From the NCBI GenBank assembly GCA_963785725.1, contig CAWAWS010000039.1, forward strand, positions 224,001 through 288,000: a stretch of 64,000 nt of DNA, given 5' to 3'. Positions 40,632 through 52,388 of the stretch are shown here, piece by piece; within the stretch, counting starts at the first letter, position 1; each line of letters opens with the position of its first letter. The notes beneath the pieces were generated by a model. The model had not been told where the DNA came from, ran no database searches, and was given only the letters and a program-made list of their open reading frames with translations. Source of the stretch: an uncultured delta proteobacterium (GTDB taxonomy: Bacteria > Myxococcota_A > Polyangia > Palsa-1104). A program made the position numbers and the translations under genes.

Positions 40632-41545
40632 ACCTTCACGTAACGGCCGAGCGCCAGGGCCGAGCCGCACAGGCCGAGCAGCGTGCCGGCGGCGATGGCG
40701 ATCGCCAGCTGCGCCGGCGTGAAGAAGCCGAGCGGGCCGGCCGCCAGCCAGCCGCCGAGCACGGCTTCGACGCGCGGTGCCGCCAGCCGAAACAGGCCGT
40801 ACAACAGTCCGACGGCGAGCGACGTTCCGAGCGCGCCTTGCAAGCCGCCCTCGACGAGAAACGGCGTCTTGACGAAGCGATCGGTGGCGCCGACGAGCTT
40901 CCAGATCTCGATCTCGTCGCGGCGCGCGAACACGCCCAGGCGAATCGTCGAGCCGACGATGTAGAGACAGGCGCACAAGACCAGCGCCGCGACCGCCCAG
41001 CCGGCGCCGTCGAGCAAGCGTTCGAGCGCGTGCAGCCGGCCGGCCCAATCGCCCATCAGCTCCACTTCCTCGACGCCGCTCGTATGCTGCAGCCGCTCGA
41101 ACGCCGGATGCGCGCGCAAGATCTCGGCCACGCCCGGCTTGAGCGCGACCTCGATCGACGCCGGCAAGAAGTCCTCTTCGACGCCGTCGAGCAGATCGGC
41201 GCGCGCGCCCAGCCCGCGACGCAGGCGCTCCCAGGCCGTGTGGCCGTCGATCATGCGCACGCCGCGCACGCCCGGCAGCCGCGCGATGGCGTTCGCGATC
41301 TTCTCCGCCCGCGCCGTCGTCACGCCGTCTTCGAGATAGACCGTCATCTGCACGTCCGCCGACCAGCCGTTCGACAGCCGCCGCACGTTCACCGCCGTCA
41401 GCTGCACGACGCCGACGAGCAACAGCGACAGCGCGATGCAGCCGACCGCGGTCAGCTGAATGAGCGGATTGCGCCGCGCGCCATCCAACGCTCGCCGGAC
41501 GCTACGCGCGAACCACACGGACCACCCCCGTCTCGTCGTCGCCAC
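40628..41545 (-). CDS. ftsX: Cell division permease FtsX
   Basis: Four TM segments; TIRLGVFARRDEIEIWKLVGATDRFVKTPFLVEG. Confidence 0.95.
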   Translation of the reverse strand: MATTRRGWSVWFARSVRRALDGARRNPLIQLTAVGCIALSLLLVGVVQLTAVNVRRLSNGWSADVQMTVYLEDGVTTARAEKIANAIARLPGVRGVRMIDGHTAWERLRRGLGARADLLDGVEEDFLPASIEVALKPGVAEILRAHPAFERLQHTSGVEEVELMGDWAGRLHALERLLDGAGWAVAALVLCACLYIVGSTIRLGVFARRDEIEIWKLVGATDRFVKTPFLVEGGLQGALGTSLAVGLLYGLFRLAAPRVEAVLGGWLAAGPLGFFTPAQLAIAIAAGTLLGLCGSALALGRYVKV

Positions 41546-42263
41546 GGCCGGCGAAGCCTTCGGTCTCGTCGTCGTGCCGCGCCGGACGCGCCGGCGGCAA
41601 GTCGACGTCGAGCAGCTCGCCTTCGACGAGGCGTACGACGCGCCAGCCGCGCATGACGCCGAAGTCGACGACGGCCGGATCGTGCGTCGCCATCAATAAC
41701 GTCGTGCCGCGCTGATGAATCGTCTCCAGCAGCACCAACAAGTCGCGCGAGCGCTCCGGGTCCAAATTTCCCGTGGGCTCGTCGGCCAGCACGATCGCCG
41801 GCTCTCCGACGATGGCGCGCGCGACGGCCACGCGCTGCTGCTCGCCGCCGGCCAGCGTCGCCGCGCGCGCGTCGAGCTTGTGCCCGAGCCCGACGGCCTC
41901 GAGCGCGACCGCGGCGCGCAGCCGCACCTCCCGCTTCGGCAGCTCCAGCGCCTCCAGCGGCATGGCCACGTTCTGCAGCGCCGAGCGATCGCCCAGCAGC
42001 TTAAAATCCTGAAAGACAACGCCAATATTGCGACGGACGTAGGGGATCGAGGCGTTGCTCAGGCGCGCCAAGCTGCGCCCGGCGACGAGGAGCTCGCCGC
42101 GATCGGGCCGCTCGGCCGCAAATACGAGCCGCAGCAGGGTCGACTTGCCCGCACCCGACGGGCCGGTCAACAGCACCGCGTCGCCGTCCGACACGGTGAG
42201 CGAGACGCCGCGCAGGGCCGGGCTGCCCGCGTACGACTTCCAGACGCCGTCGAGTTGGATCAT
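41502..42263 (-). CDS. ftsE: Cell division ATP-binding protein FtsE
   Basis: GPSGAGKST, IGVVFQDFKLL, GGEQQRVAVARA and LADEPTGNLD. Confidence 0.95.
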   Translation of the reverse strand: MIQLDGVWKSYAGSPALRGVSLTVSDGDAVLLTGPSGAGKSTLLRLVFAAERPDRGELLVAGRSLARLSNASIPYVRRNIGVVFQDFKLLGDRSALQNVAMPLEALELPKREVRLRAAVALEAVGLGHKLDARAATLAGGEQQRVAVARAIVGEPAIVLADEPTGNLDPERSRDLLVLLETIHQRGTTLLMATHDPAVVDFGVMRGWRVVRLVEGELLDVDLPPARPARHDDETEGFAGRGDDETGVVRVVRA

Positions 42264-42531
42264 CCCTAAAGACGGCTATCACGGCCTACGCACAGGTCGC
42301 AAATTTCGCTACCCGTTTTGTTTTAAACGGTTACGTAGTCTTACTAGTTTGTTATTGCAATGTATGGCAGTTGCGATATAGTTATCTCGTCGAGTTGTTG
42401 CCTCTTCACACTTGGGGGCGGTCGTGAATCCGCTGATTTTGCTGGGAAGACACACGCGCGATTCACAACCAGACACAATTAGATCACAGATCTATCCACA
42501 GCTAAGTCATCGATTTGTTTTGTTTTTCGCA

Positions 42532-42604
42532 TTGACTCAAACAGCCGTCGGCAGTAGTTTCCACGGCACAGCGACATCCTGAAGGGTTCCAGCAACGGCC
42601 TAGG
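42532..42604 (+). promoter_or_regulatory. nrdJ promoter with two NrdR-box-like repeats just downstream
   Basis: TTGACT-N17-TAGTTT (42532-42560); ACAGCGACATCCTGAA (42568) and CCAGCAACGGCCTAGG (42589) 21 nt apart. The box assignment is weak. Confidence 0.5.
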
Positions 42605-42676
42605 GCGAAGGTGCCCTTGGCCGCGGAGCTCTTTTTGCCGAAAAGGCGCGTTTTGCCGAAAGGCGCGGAGGGGCAC

Positions 42677-45555
42677 ATGATTTCGAAGGGTGGCTTGAAC
42701 GGCCAAAAGAAGGACAAGCTCGCTGGCACGCCGAAACGGCGCAAAGGTGAGCAGAATGCGCCCGCTACCGCGCGTGGCATGACGGTCTCGCGGTATTTCA
42801 CGCGCGCCGGCGTCGATCCCTTCGATCAGGTCGACCTGGGAGCTGCGCACCGCCGCCATCACCGGCGAAGGCGGACAGGTCTTCTTCGAGCAGAAGGACG
42901 TCGAGACGCCGGCTTCGTGGTCGCAGATGGCGACGAACGTCGTCGTGCAGAAGTACTTCCGCGGCGTCGTGGGGACGGCGTCGCGTGAGCGCTCGGTCAA
43001 GCAGCTGATCGGCCGCGTCGTCGACACCATCGCCGGCTGGGGCACGAAGCAGCATTACTTCGCCACCGACGCTGACGCCGCCGCGTTCGCCGACGAGCTC
43101 AAGCACCTGCTCGTCGAGCAGAAGATGTCGTTCAACTCGCCCGTTTGGTTCAACGTCGGCGTCGAGCAGCATCCGCAGTGCTCGGCGTGCTTCATCAATA
43201 GCGTGGACGACTCGATGGAGTCGATCCTCGGCCTGGCCAAGACCGAAGGCATGCTCTTCAAGTACGGCTCGGGCACGGGCACGAACTTGTCGCCGATTCG
43301 CTCGTCGCGCGAGCTGCTCAACGGCGGCGGCACGGCCTCGGGCCCCGTCTCGTTCATGAAGGGCTTCGATGCCTTCGCCGGCGTCATCAAGTCCGGCGGC
43401 AAGACCCGTCGCGCCGCCAAGATGGTCATCCTGAACGTCGAGCATCCCGACATCGTCGACTTCATCGAACTGCAAGGTGAACGAAGAGAAGAAGGCGTGG
43501 GCGCTCATCGACGCCGGCTACGACGGCTCGTTCACGGGCGAGGCCTACGCGTCGGTCTTCTTCCAGAACTCCAACAACTCGGTGCGCGTCACCGACGAGT
43601 TCATGGACGCCGTGCGCCACGATCGCGTGTGGCACACCAAGAGCGTGACGACGGGCGCCATCGTCGAGACGCACAGCGCGCGCGACTTGTGGCGGCAGAT
43701 CGCGGAGGCGGCGTGGCAGTGCGGCGATCCGGGCATGCAGTTCGACACGACGTTCAATGACTGGCACACGTCGAAGAACACGGCGCGCATCAACGCGTCG
43801 AACCCCTGCTCCGAGTACATGTATCCTCGACGACAGCGCCTGCAACTTGGCGTCGTTGAACCTGCGCAAGTTCCAGACTCGAGAACGGCGATGCTCGACG
43901 TCGAGGCGTTCAAGCGCGCCGTCGAGATCACGATCCTGGCGCAGGAGATCCTCGTCGACAACGCGAAGTATCCGACGGAGCAGATCGAGGCCAACTCGCA
44001 CGCGTTCCGGCCGCTCGGCCTCGGCTATGCGAACTTGGGCGCGCTGCTGATGTCGCTCGGCCTGCCGTACGACTCGGATCCGGGTCGCGCGTACGCGGGC
44101 GCCGTCACGTCGCTGATGTGCGGGCACGCGTATGCGACGTCGGCGAAGATCGCGCGCGACGTGACCGGGCCGTTCGAGGGTTATCCGGTCAATCGCGAGC
44201 CGTTCTTGACGGTCATGGAGAAGCATCGTCGTCACGTCGACAAGATCGACGGCGCGCTCGTGCCTTACGATCTCATGACGGCGGCGCGCGACTCGTGGGA
44301 CGAGACGCTCGAAGTCGGTCGCGAGTACGGCTTCCGCAACGGTCAGGTCACGGTGCTCGCGCCGACGGGCACCATCGGCTTCATGATGGACTGCGACACC
44401 ACCGGCATCGAGCCCGACATCGCGCTCGTCAAGTACAAGCGCCTCGTCGGTGGCGGCATGCTCAAGATCGTCAACAAGACGGTGCCGGAAGCGCTGACGC
44501 GGCTCGGCTACGCCGACGATGAAGTGAAGAAGATCGTCGACTACATCAACGAGCAGGACACGATCGAAGGCGCGCCCGGCTTGAAGGACGAGCATCTGGC
44601 CGTGTTCGATTGCGCGTTCCGTCCGCAAGACGGCGAGCGCTCGATCCATTACATGGGTCACATCAAGATGATGGCGGCGGCGCAGCCGTTCCTCTCGGGC
44701 GCGATCTCGAAGACGGTGAACCTGCCGAACGACTGCACCGTCGAGGATATCGAAGGCGCGTACCTCGAGTCGTGGCGGCTCGGCCTGAAGGCGGTCGCGG
44801 TCTATCGCGACGGTTGCAAGCGCTCGCAGCCGATGTCGACGTCGAAGAAGCAGAACAAAGACGGCACGCTCGGCGGCTCGCAGGCGGCCGCGGCCAGCGT
44901 GTTCGACGCGTTCGCGGGGCTGACGCCGGAAGAGCTGGTCGTCAAAGTGGCGGCGCAGGCGAATCCGAAGGGCGCGCCGGTCGCCGTGCGGCGCAAGCTG
45001 CCCGACGAGCGCCAGTCGCTGACGCACAAGTTCTCGATCGCCGATCACGACGGCTACATCACCGTCGGGCTCTACGAGAACGGCATGCCGGGTGAGATCT
45101 TCATCCGCATGGCCAAGGAGGGCTCGACGATCTCGGGCCTGATGGACAGCTTCGCGACGGCGATCTCGTTGGCGCTGCAGCATGGCGTGCCGTTGAAGTT
45201 GCTCGTCGACAAGTTCTCGCACACGCGCTTCGAGCCCTCGGGTTGGACGGGAAATCCCGACATTTCTCGCGCCTCTTCGATCATGGACTACATCTTCCGC
45301 TGGCTCGGGCGGAAGTTCATGGCGACGCCGCCGTCGGAGCAGCTGACGCTGCCCGTCGACGAGGTCAAGCCTGTCGTGCAAGTGGCGGCGACGTCGACGC
45401 TGGTGGTCGAGGCGAAGACGACGGTGGTGAATCTGCAGGGCACGTGGGCGCAGGAATCGGACGCGCCGCCGTGCCACGAGTGCGGGACGATCATGGTTCG
45501 CTCGGGCGCTTGCTACAAGTGCTTGAACTGCGCAGCGACGAGCGGTTGCTCGTAA
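42677..45555 (+). CDS. nrdJ: Adenosylcobalamin-dependent (class II) ribonucleotide reductase, interrupted by apparent frameshifts near 42833, 43468, 43823 and 43875-43893
   Basis: FNSPVWFN, QCSACFI, SGGKTRRAAKM, ASNPCSEY, DDSACNLASLNL (shifted frame), APTGTIG, GAISKTVN, TSCPD-like domain and C-terminal CxxC..CxxC..GCS. Confidence 0.95.
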
Positions 45556-45574
45556 GGGTTCGTATGTGAAGGAT

Positions 45575-45615
45575 GCGCTCGCCCGCGCGATCTAGCGAGA
45601 TTGGCGGGCGAGCGC
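45575..45615 (+). terminator. Strong hairpin after nrdJ
   Basis: GCGCTCGCCCGC / GCGGGCGAGCGC 12-bp perfect inverted repeat; no U-tract. Confidence 0.5.
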
Positions 45616-45642
45616 GTGTCCACATTCGATAGGGGGTCGACG

Positions 45643-45984
45643 GTGCAGGATCTGGAGATTCAGCGTCTGTTGGTCGACAGCGGATTCCAGTTGGTGAAGG
45701 CGCCGCTGTCGGCGCGCTGGGTGGCGGCTGGGCGGCTCGAGAACGGCGCGGCGACGCGGGTGACGTGCGCGATGGGTGCGCGCGGCGGCTGGGTGCTGCT
45801 CGTGCCGTCGGAGGGTGAGCGCAAGCAGCTCACGGCGCAGCTGTCGCGCTGTGGCCTGGGCGCGGTCGATGTGCGCGCCGAGCGGATGGAGCCGCGCATG
45901 CCGTGGCTGGCCGTCGGTGTCGGCGTCGGCGCGCTCACCCTGTTCGGCTGGGTGCTGACAAGTATTCCGACGCTGATGCCCTGA
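45643..45984 (+). CDS. Hypothetical protein with C-terminal TM helix
   Basis: AGGGGG RBS before GTG 45643; WLAVGVGVGALTLFGWVL. Confidence 0.6.
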   Translation: MQDLEIQRLLVDSGFQLVKAPLSARWVAAGRLENGAATRVTCAMGARGGWVLLVPSEGERKQLTAQLSRCGLGAVDVRAERMEPRMPWLAVGVGVGALTLFGWVLTSIPTLMP

Positions 45985-46029
45985 ATTCCCAGCGACGCCG
46001 GCGCAATCATTGCCGCGATCGCCGGGAAG

Positions 46030-46303
46030 ACGACGCGAAGGGACCTAAGCGGCGTGCGGGAAAACGACGTGAACGGGGTCGGGCGCTAGGCCGAGCGAGC
46101 ACCGCAGCGGAGCGCACGCTTTGGTGCGTGAGCAGAGGAGCGCAGCGAGAACGACGCGAAGGGACCTAAGCAGCGTGCGGGAAAACGGCGTGAACGGGGT
46201 CGGGCGCTAGGCCGAGCGAGCACCGCAGCGGAGCGCACGCTTTGGTGCGTGAGCAGCGGAGCGCAGCGAGAACGACGCGAACGGCCCCGTTCACGCCGTT
46301 TTC
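46030..46303. repeat. 121-nt tandem duplication of a REP/MITE-like palindromic element
   Basis: Units start at 46030, 46151 and 46272 (partial); 19-bp inverted repeat GAAAACGGCGTGAACGGGG (46181) / CCCCGTTCACGCCGTTTTC (46285). Confidence 0.9.
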
Positions 46304-47060
46304 AGTTGAAGATGCGGGTTTTGGCGGGCGGGCCAGCCGGCTCGCCGCCGAGCGAGACGATCTCGCGCCGCAGCTCGTCGGACGGCGCCAGGATTTCGAG
46401 GCGCTCCAGCGTCAACCGCATGCGCTCGCGATCGCCGCGCGCCGCCCAAATACCGCGCAAGTTGCTGAGCGTGCGCACCAAAATGAGGCGCTTGTCGGCG
46501 GGCTCGAGCAGCCGCGGATCGGGGTCGCTCGGCTCGCCGGCGACGCGGCCATGCAGCTGCCGCAAGTCCTCGCGATCGAGGATGCGGCCGTCGAACGGAT
46601 CGACGAACATCGGGCCGCGCGGCCCGGGCGAACGCACGAGAAAATGGCCGGGAAACGACACGCCGTAGGATTCGACGCCGGCGCGATTGAGGATCTCGAG
46701 CAAGACCACGGCGAGCGTGATGGGAATGCCGGTCTTGCGCTCGAGGACGTCGTTGAGCCAGCTGTTCTTGGGATCGTAATAATCGACGGCGTTGCCGTGA
46801 AAACCGAGCTCGCGATAGACGTACGACAGGACACGCGTCAGTCGCGCCGGCGCTTGCGCGCGCAAATCGCCGGGTTTGGCGACGTCTTCGAGCCGGCGAC
46901 GCGCGCCTTCGCCGAGCTCGTCGAGCAGGTCGACATAGCGCGCCACGTCGAGGCCGGGATATTCGTCCTCGGCGATGAGCAGCGACGCCTGCGCCAGATC
47001 GAGCTCGTCGTCGGGACGGGCGGCGACATGCGCAAACAACGTGAGCTCGGCGCGGGCCAT
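46302..47060 (-). CDS. SirB1/YchA-family transglutaminase-like protein
   Basis: GFHGNAVDYYDPKNSWLNDVLERKTGIPITL, GVSFPGHFL, VDPFDG and RTLSNL. Confidence 0.92.
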   Translation of the reverse strand: MARAELTLFAHVAARPDDELDLAQASLLIAEDEYPGLDVARYVDLLDELGEGARRRLEDVAKPGDLRAQAPARLTRVLSYVYRELGFHGNAVDYYDPKNSWLNDVLERKTGIPITLAVVLLEILNRAGVESYGVSFPGHFLVRSPGPRGPMFVDPFDGRILDREDLRQLHGRVAGEPSDPDPRLLEPADKRLILVRTLSNLRGIWAARGDRERMRLTLERLEILAPSDELRREIVSLGGEPAGPPAKTRIFN

Positions 47061-47079
47061 TGGCTATAACCTATACCTC

Positions 47080-47458
47080 ATGCCCGGCCGCGATCCCACG
47101 CATTGGCTGCATCGATTCGACGCCGACGAGTGGCTGCGCGCGGCCGCCAACGAGCTCGATCGCGCCCGCACGGCGCTCGTCGGCAAGCAGCAGCGCGCCG
47201 GCGTGACCGGCTGCCGGCGGGCGGCAGGCATGGCCTGGAACGCCGTGCTCGTCGGTGGCGAAGACGAGCGGTATGGCCGCAGCTACATGGATCATTTGCA
47301 CGCGCTGGCCAAGGACGCCGCGCTCGCCGAAGCCACGCGCGCCGCCGCCGACGCGCTCGTGCACGCGCCGCTCGCGACCAACGTCATTCCGCTCGGCAAA
47401 GGCGACGCGCGGCTCGCCGATTGCGCCGCCGTCATCGTCGCCGCGGCGCGCGAACGCG

Positions 47459-47481
<23 letters not shown>
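47080..47481 (+). CDS. Hypothetical protein with HEPN-like helical pattern
   Basis: EWLRAAANELDRAR..CRRAAGMAWNAVL..RSYMDHL. Confidence 0.6.
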
Positions 47482-49576
<2,095 letters not shown>

Positions 49577-49591
49577 GCGGCTGATACCTGC

Positions 49592-49924
49592 CTAATACCG
49601 GGGTAAGGACGGGTCGATCTCGATCGCCCAGCGGTCGATGCCGCCGGCGAGCGAGGCGACGCGCGCGTGTCCGAGCTGTTGCAACATCGCGGCGCCGTTG
49701 AGCGAGCGAATGCCGTGGTGACAGTAGGTGACGATCAGCGCGTCTTTGGGCGGGCTGAGCTCGTCGGCCAAATCCTCGAGCTGCCCAAGCTCGGAGAGCG
49801 GAAGCAGCACGGCGCCGGGTAAATGCACGAGGTCGTGCTCCCAAGGCTGACGCACATCGACGAGGCAAATCGGCTCGCCGCGCGCCATCATCTCGTGCAA
49901 TTGTCTAGGGCCAAGCTGTTCCAT
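49592..49924 (-). CDS. Rhodanese-like domain protein
   Basis: LVDVRQPWE, YCHHGIRS and LAGGIDRW..IDPSLPRY. Confidence 0.9.
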   Translation of the reverse strand: MEQLGPRQLHEMMARGEPICLVDVRQPWEHDLVHLPGAVLLPLSELGQLEDLADELSPPKDALIVTYCHHGIRSLNGAAMLQQLGHARVASLAGGIDRWAIEIDPSLPRY

Positions 49925-49961
49925 CGATTCATCATCGTTCCTGGTCGGCAGGAGGATTAGC

Positions 49962-50987
49962 ATGGAATACCGCAATCTGGGGCAAAGCGGCGTCAAGGTC
50001 TCGACGCTGTGTCTGGGCGCCATGACGTTCGGCGAGCCCACCGCCGGCTCGATGATGCACAACATCGCCGCCGACGAGGCGACTTCGCACGCCATGATCG
50101 AGCGCGCGCTCGCCTGCGGCATCAACTTCATCGACACCGCCGACGTCTACGGCAACGACGGCCTCTCCGAGCGCGTGATCGGCGATTGGCTCACCAAATC
50201 CAAGCGCCGCGACGAGGTCGTGCTGGCGACGAAGTTCCGCTTCACGATGGGCAAAGGGCCGAACGCATCGGGCGCGTCGCGCTATCGCATCGTGCGCACC
50301 GTCGAGGAATCGCTCAAGCGCCTCAAGACCGATCGCATCGACCTCTATCAGATCCACATGCAGGATCTCGACACGCCGGAAGAGGAGACGCTGCGCGCGC
50401 TCGACGATTTGGTGCGCGCGGGCAAGGTGCTCTATCTCGGCTGCAGCAACTACGCGGCCTATCGGCTGACCGACAGCCTGTGGCTGTCGAAGTCGTTGGG
50501 GCTCGAGAAGTTCGTGGCGTTGCAGGCGCAATATTCGCTGGTCGTGCGCGAGCTCGAGCGCGAGCACGTGCCGCTGTGCCAGAAGTTCGGCCTCGGGATC
50601 TTGCCGTGGTCGCCGCTGGCGTCGGGTTTTCTCAGCGGTAAATACAAGAAGGAATCGGGTCCGCAAGCGGGCACGCGCCTGGCCAAGATGGGCGAGTGGT
50701 ACAAAGGGCTCGATACGCCGCGCAACTGGAAGACGCTCGAGGTGGCCGAGGCGATCGCGCGCGAGCTGTCGTCGACGGTGTCGGCGGTGGCGCTGCGCTG
50801 GCTGATCCAGAAGCCGGCCGTGACCTCGGTCATCTTGGGTGTGCGGACGGTCGCGCAGCTCGACGACAACCTGAAGGCGGCGGAGCTGAAATTGCCGCCG
50901 GAAGCGATGCAGCGGCTCGACGAAGCCAGCGCCTTCGAGCTCGGCTATCCCTATCAGTTCATGAAGCAAATCGCCGGTCGCTGGTAG
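49962..50987 (+). CDS. Aldo/keto reductase
   Basis: LCLGAMTFG, FIDTADVY, LATK, IDLYQIH, GCSN and PWSPLASG; AGGAGG RBS. Confidence 0.96.
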   Translation: MEYRNLGQSGVKVSTLCLGAMTFGEPTAGSMMHNIAADEATSHAMIERALACGINFIDTADVYGNDGLSERVIGDWLTKSKRRDEVVLATKFRFTMGKGPNASGASRYRIVRTVEESLKRLKTDRIDLYQIHMQDLDTPEEETLRALDDLVRAGKVLYLGCSNYAAYRLTDSLWLSKSLGLEKFVALQAQYSLVVRELEREHVPLCQKFGLGILPWSPLASGFLSGKYKKESGPQAGTRLAKMGEWYKGLDTPRNWKTLEVAEAIARELSSTVSAVALRWLIQKPAVTSVILGVRTVAQLDDNLKAAELKLPPEAMQRLDEASAFELGYPYQFMKQIAGRW

Positions 50988-51059
50988 CTTTCGCAGCGCC
51001 AAATTCGGCATTTCCACGGCAGGTAGATCGTTTTCGCAGCGCCCGGCGTATGACGTAAG

Positions 51060-52388
51060 GTGCTGGCGCTCAGGCTGATCGTCGAGTGGGATGGGGTGGT
51101 CGTCGAAGACCGGCTGTTTCGCCGCAGGCCGCTGGTGCTCGTCGGCAGTGGGCCGGCGGCGACCGTGGCCGCGCCGGCGTCCGACGACGGCGGCGACGGT
51201 CGTTATGCGGCGTTCATCCGGCGCGGCGACGGCTGGGAGCTGCGGCTGCCGGCGCGCGTCGTGCGCTCGCTGGCGATTCCGGGCCAGCCCGACAGCGACG
51301 GCGCGGTCGGGCAGCGGCGCGTCTTGACGCTGACCGGCGTGGAAGCAGCGCGCTGCGGATCGCTCGTGTTCGACGGCGCGGTCGTGTCGTTCGAGCTGGT
51401 GCCGCTGCAGCGCACGCGACGGGACGCCGCCTTGTGGGGCTGGACGATGACGGCGCTCTTGTTGGCGCTGTTCTCGGGCGCGAGCTATCAGCTCGTGCGC
51501 GCCTATCGGCAAGAGCGGTCGCGCAACGACGATGCCGTGCGGCTGTCGGCGGTCACCGCGGGTCAGCTGCGGGTTCGCTGGACGGCGACGGGCCAGGGCG
51601 CGTCGCGGCCGCAAGCGGGGCGCGGTCGCGAGCTGCGCGCGCAGGCGAAGGAGCAGCCGAGCCCGCCGAAGCCGTCGCCGCCGTCGGCCCAACGGTCGGG
51701 ATTGCTCGGCCGTTCGAAGCCGCGAGCGAAGACGCCGACGCGCACGGAGCGCATCGCCACCGCGCAAGCGGCGCTCTTGAACGCCGATCTGCGGACGGCG
51801 GTCGACCAGCTGTCGCGCGCGTCGCGTGAGGCGCCGCTCGAATACGAGCAGCTCAACTGGCTCGGCCTCGCGCACTACATGCAAGGGCAGTACGACGACG
51901 CCGAGCGCGCCTGGGTCGATGCGCGGCGGCGCGAGCCCGAGCGCACCGACGCCGTCAACAACCTGGCCAACATCGCCAAGCGGCGCGGCGATCGCGTCGA
52001 GGAGCGCGCGCTCATCGACAGCGTGCTGGCGCGCGACGACCGCGACTGCCACGCGCTCAACGGCTTGGCGCTCCTGCAAGCCAAAGAGGGTGACGCGGCG
52101 ACGGCGGCGGAGACGTTGGCGCGCAGCGACGCGGCTTGCGGCGGCAACTACGCGTACACTGCCATTCAACGCGCGGCGTTGGCGGCGCTGGCCGGCGATC
52201 GCGAGACCGCCTTTTCCGCGCTGGAAACGGGGTTGGCGCAAGTGGACACGCTGGTGCCGATCAAAGAGTTCGAGGTGTGGATGGACTTGACGCGCGATCC
52301 GGCGTTCGCCTCCTTGCGCGGCGACGCGCGCTTCGTGCAGCTGACGACGCGCTATCTGCCGCGCGCCACCAACAAGCAGGGCAGCTGA
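51060..52388 (+). CDS. Single-TM protein with myxobacterial AgmX/GltG-like N-terminus and TPR C-terminus
   Basis: LRLIVEWDGVVVED..VLVGS; one TM helix; LNWLGLAHYMQGQYDDAE and VNNLANIA TPR units. Confidence 0.7.
   Translation: MLALRLIVEWDGVVVEDRLFRRRPLVLVGSGPAATVAAPASDDGGDGRYAAFIRRGDGWELRLPARVVRSLAIPGQPDSDGAVGQRRVLTLTGVEAARCGSLVFDGAVVSFELVPLQRTRRDAALWGWTMTALLLALFSGASYQLVRAYRQERSRNDDAVRLSAVTAGQLRVRWTATGQGASRPQAGRGRELRAQAKEQPSPPKPSPPSAQRSGLLGRSKPRAKTPTRTERIATAQAALLNADLRTAVDQLSRASREAPLEYEQLNWLGLAHYMQGQYDDAERAWVDARRREPERTDAVNNLANIAKRRGDRVEERALIDSVLARDDRDCHALNGLALLQAKEGDAATAAETLARSDAACGGNYAYTAIQRAALAALAGDRETAFSALETGLAQVDTLVPIKEFEVWMDLTRDPAFASLRGDARFVQLTTRYLPRATNKQGS

Noticed and set aside
42290..42560. 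Chromosomal replication origin
   Set aside because: Only one imperfect DnaA box and no dnaA, gidA or parAB context.
42560..42677. Cobalamin riboswitch
   Set aside because: No recognisable B12 box or GGGAA/GCCACTG core, and the leader is short.
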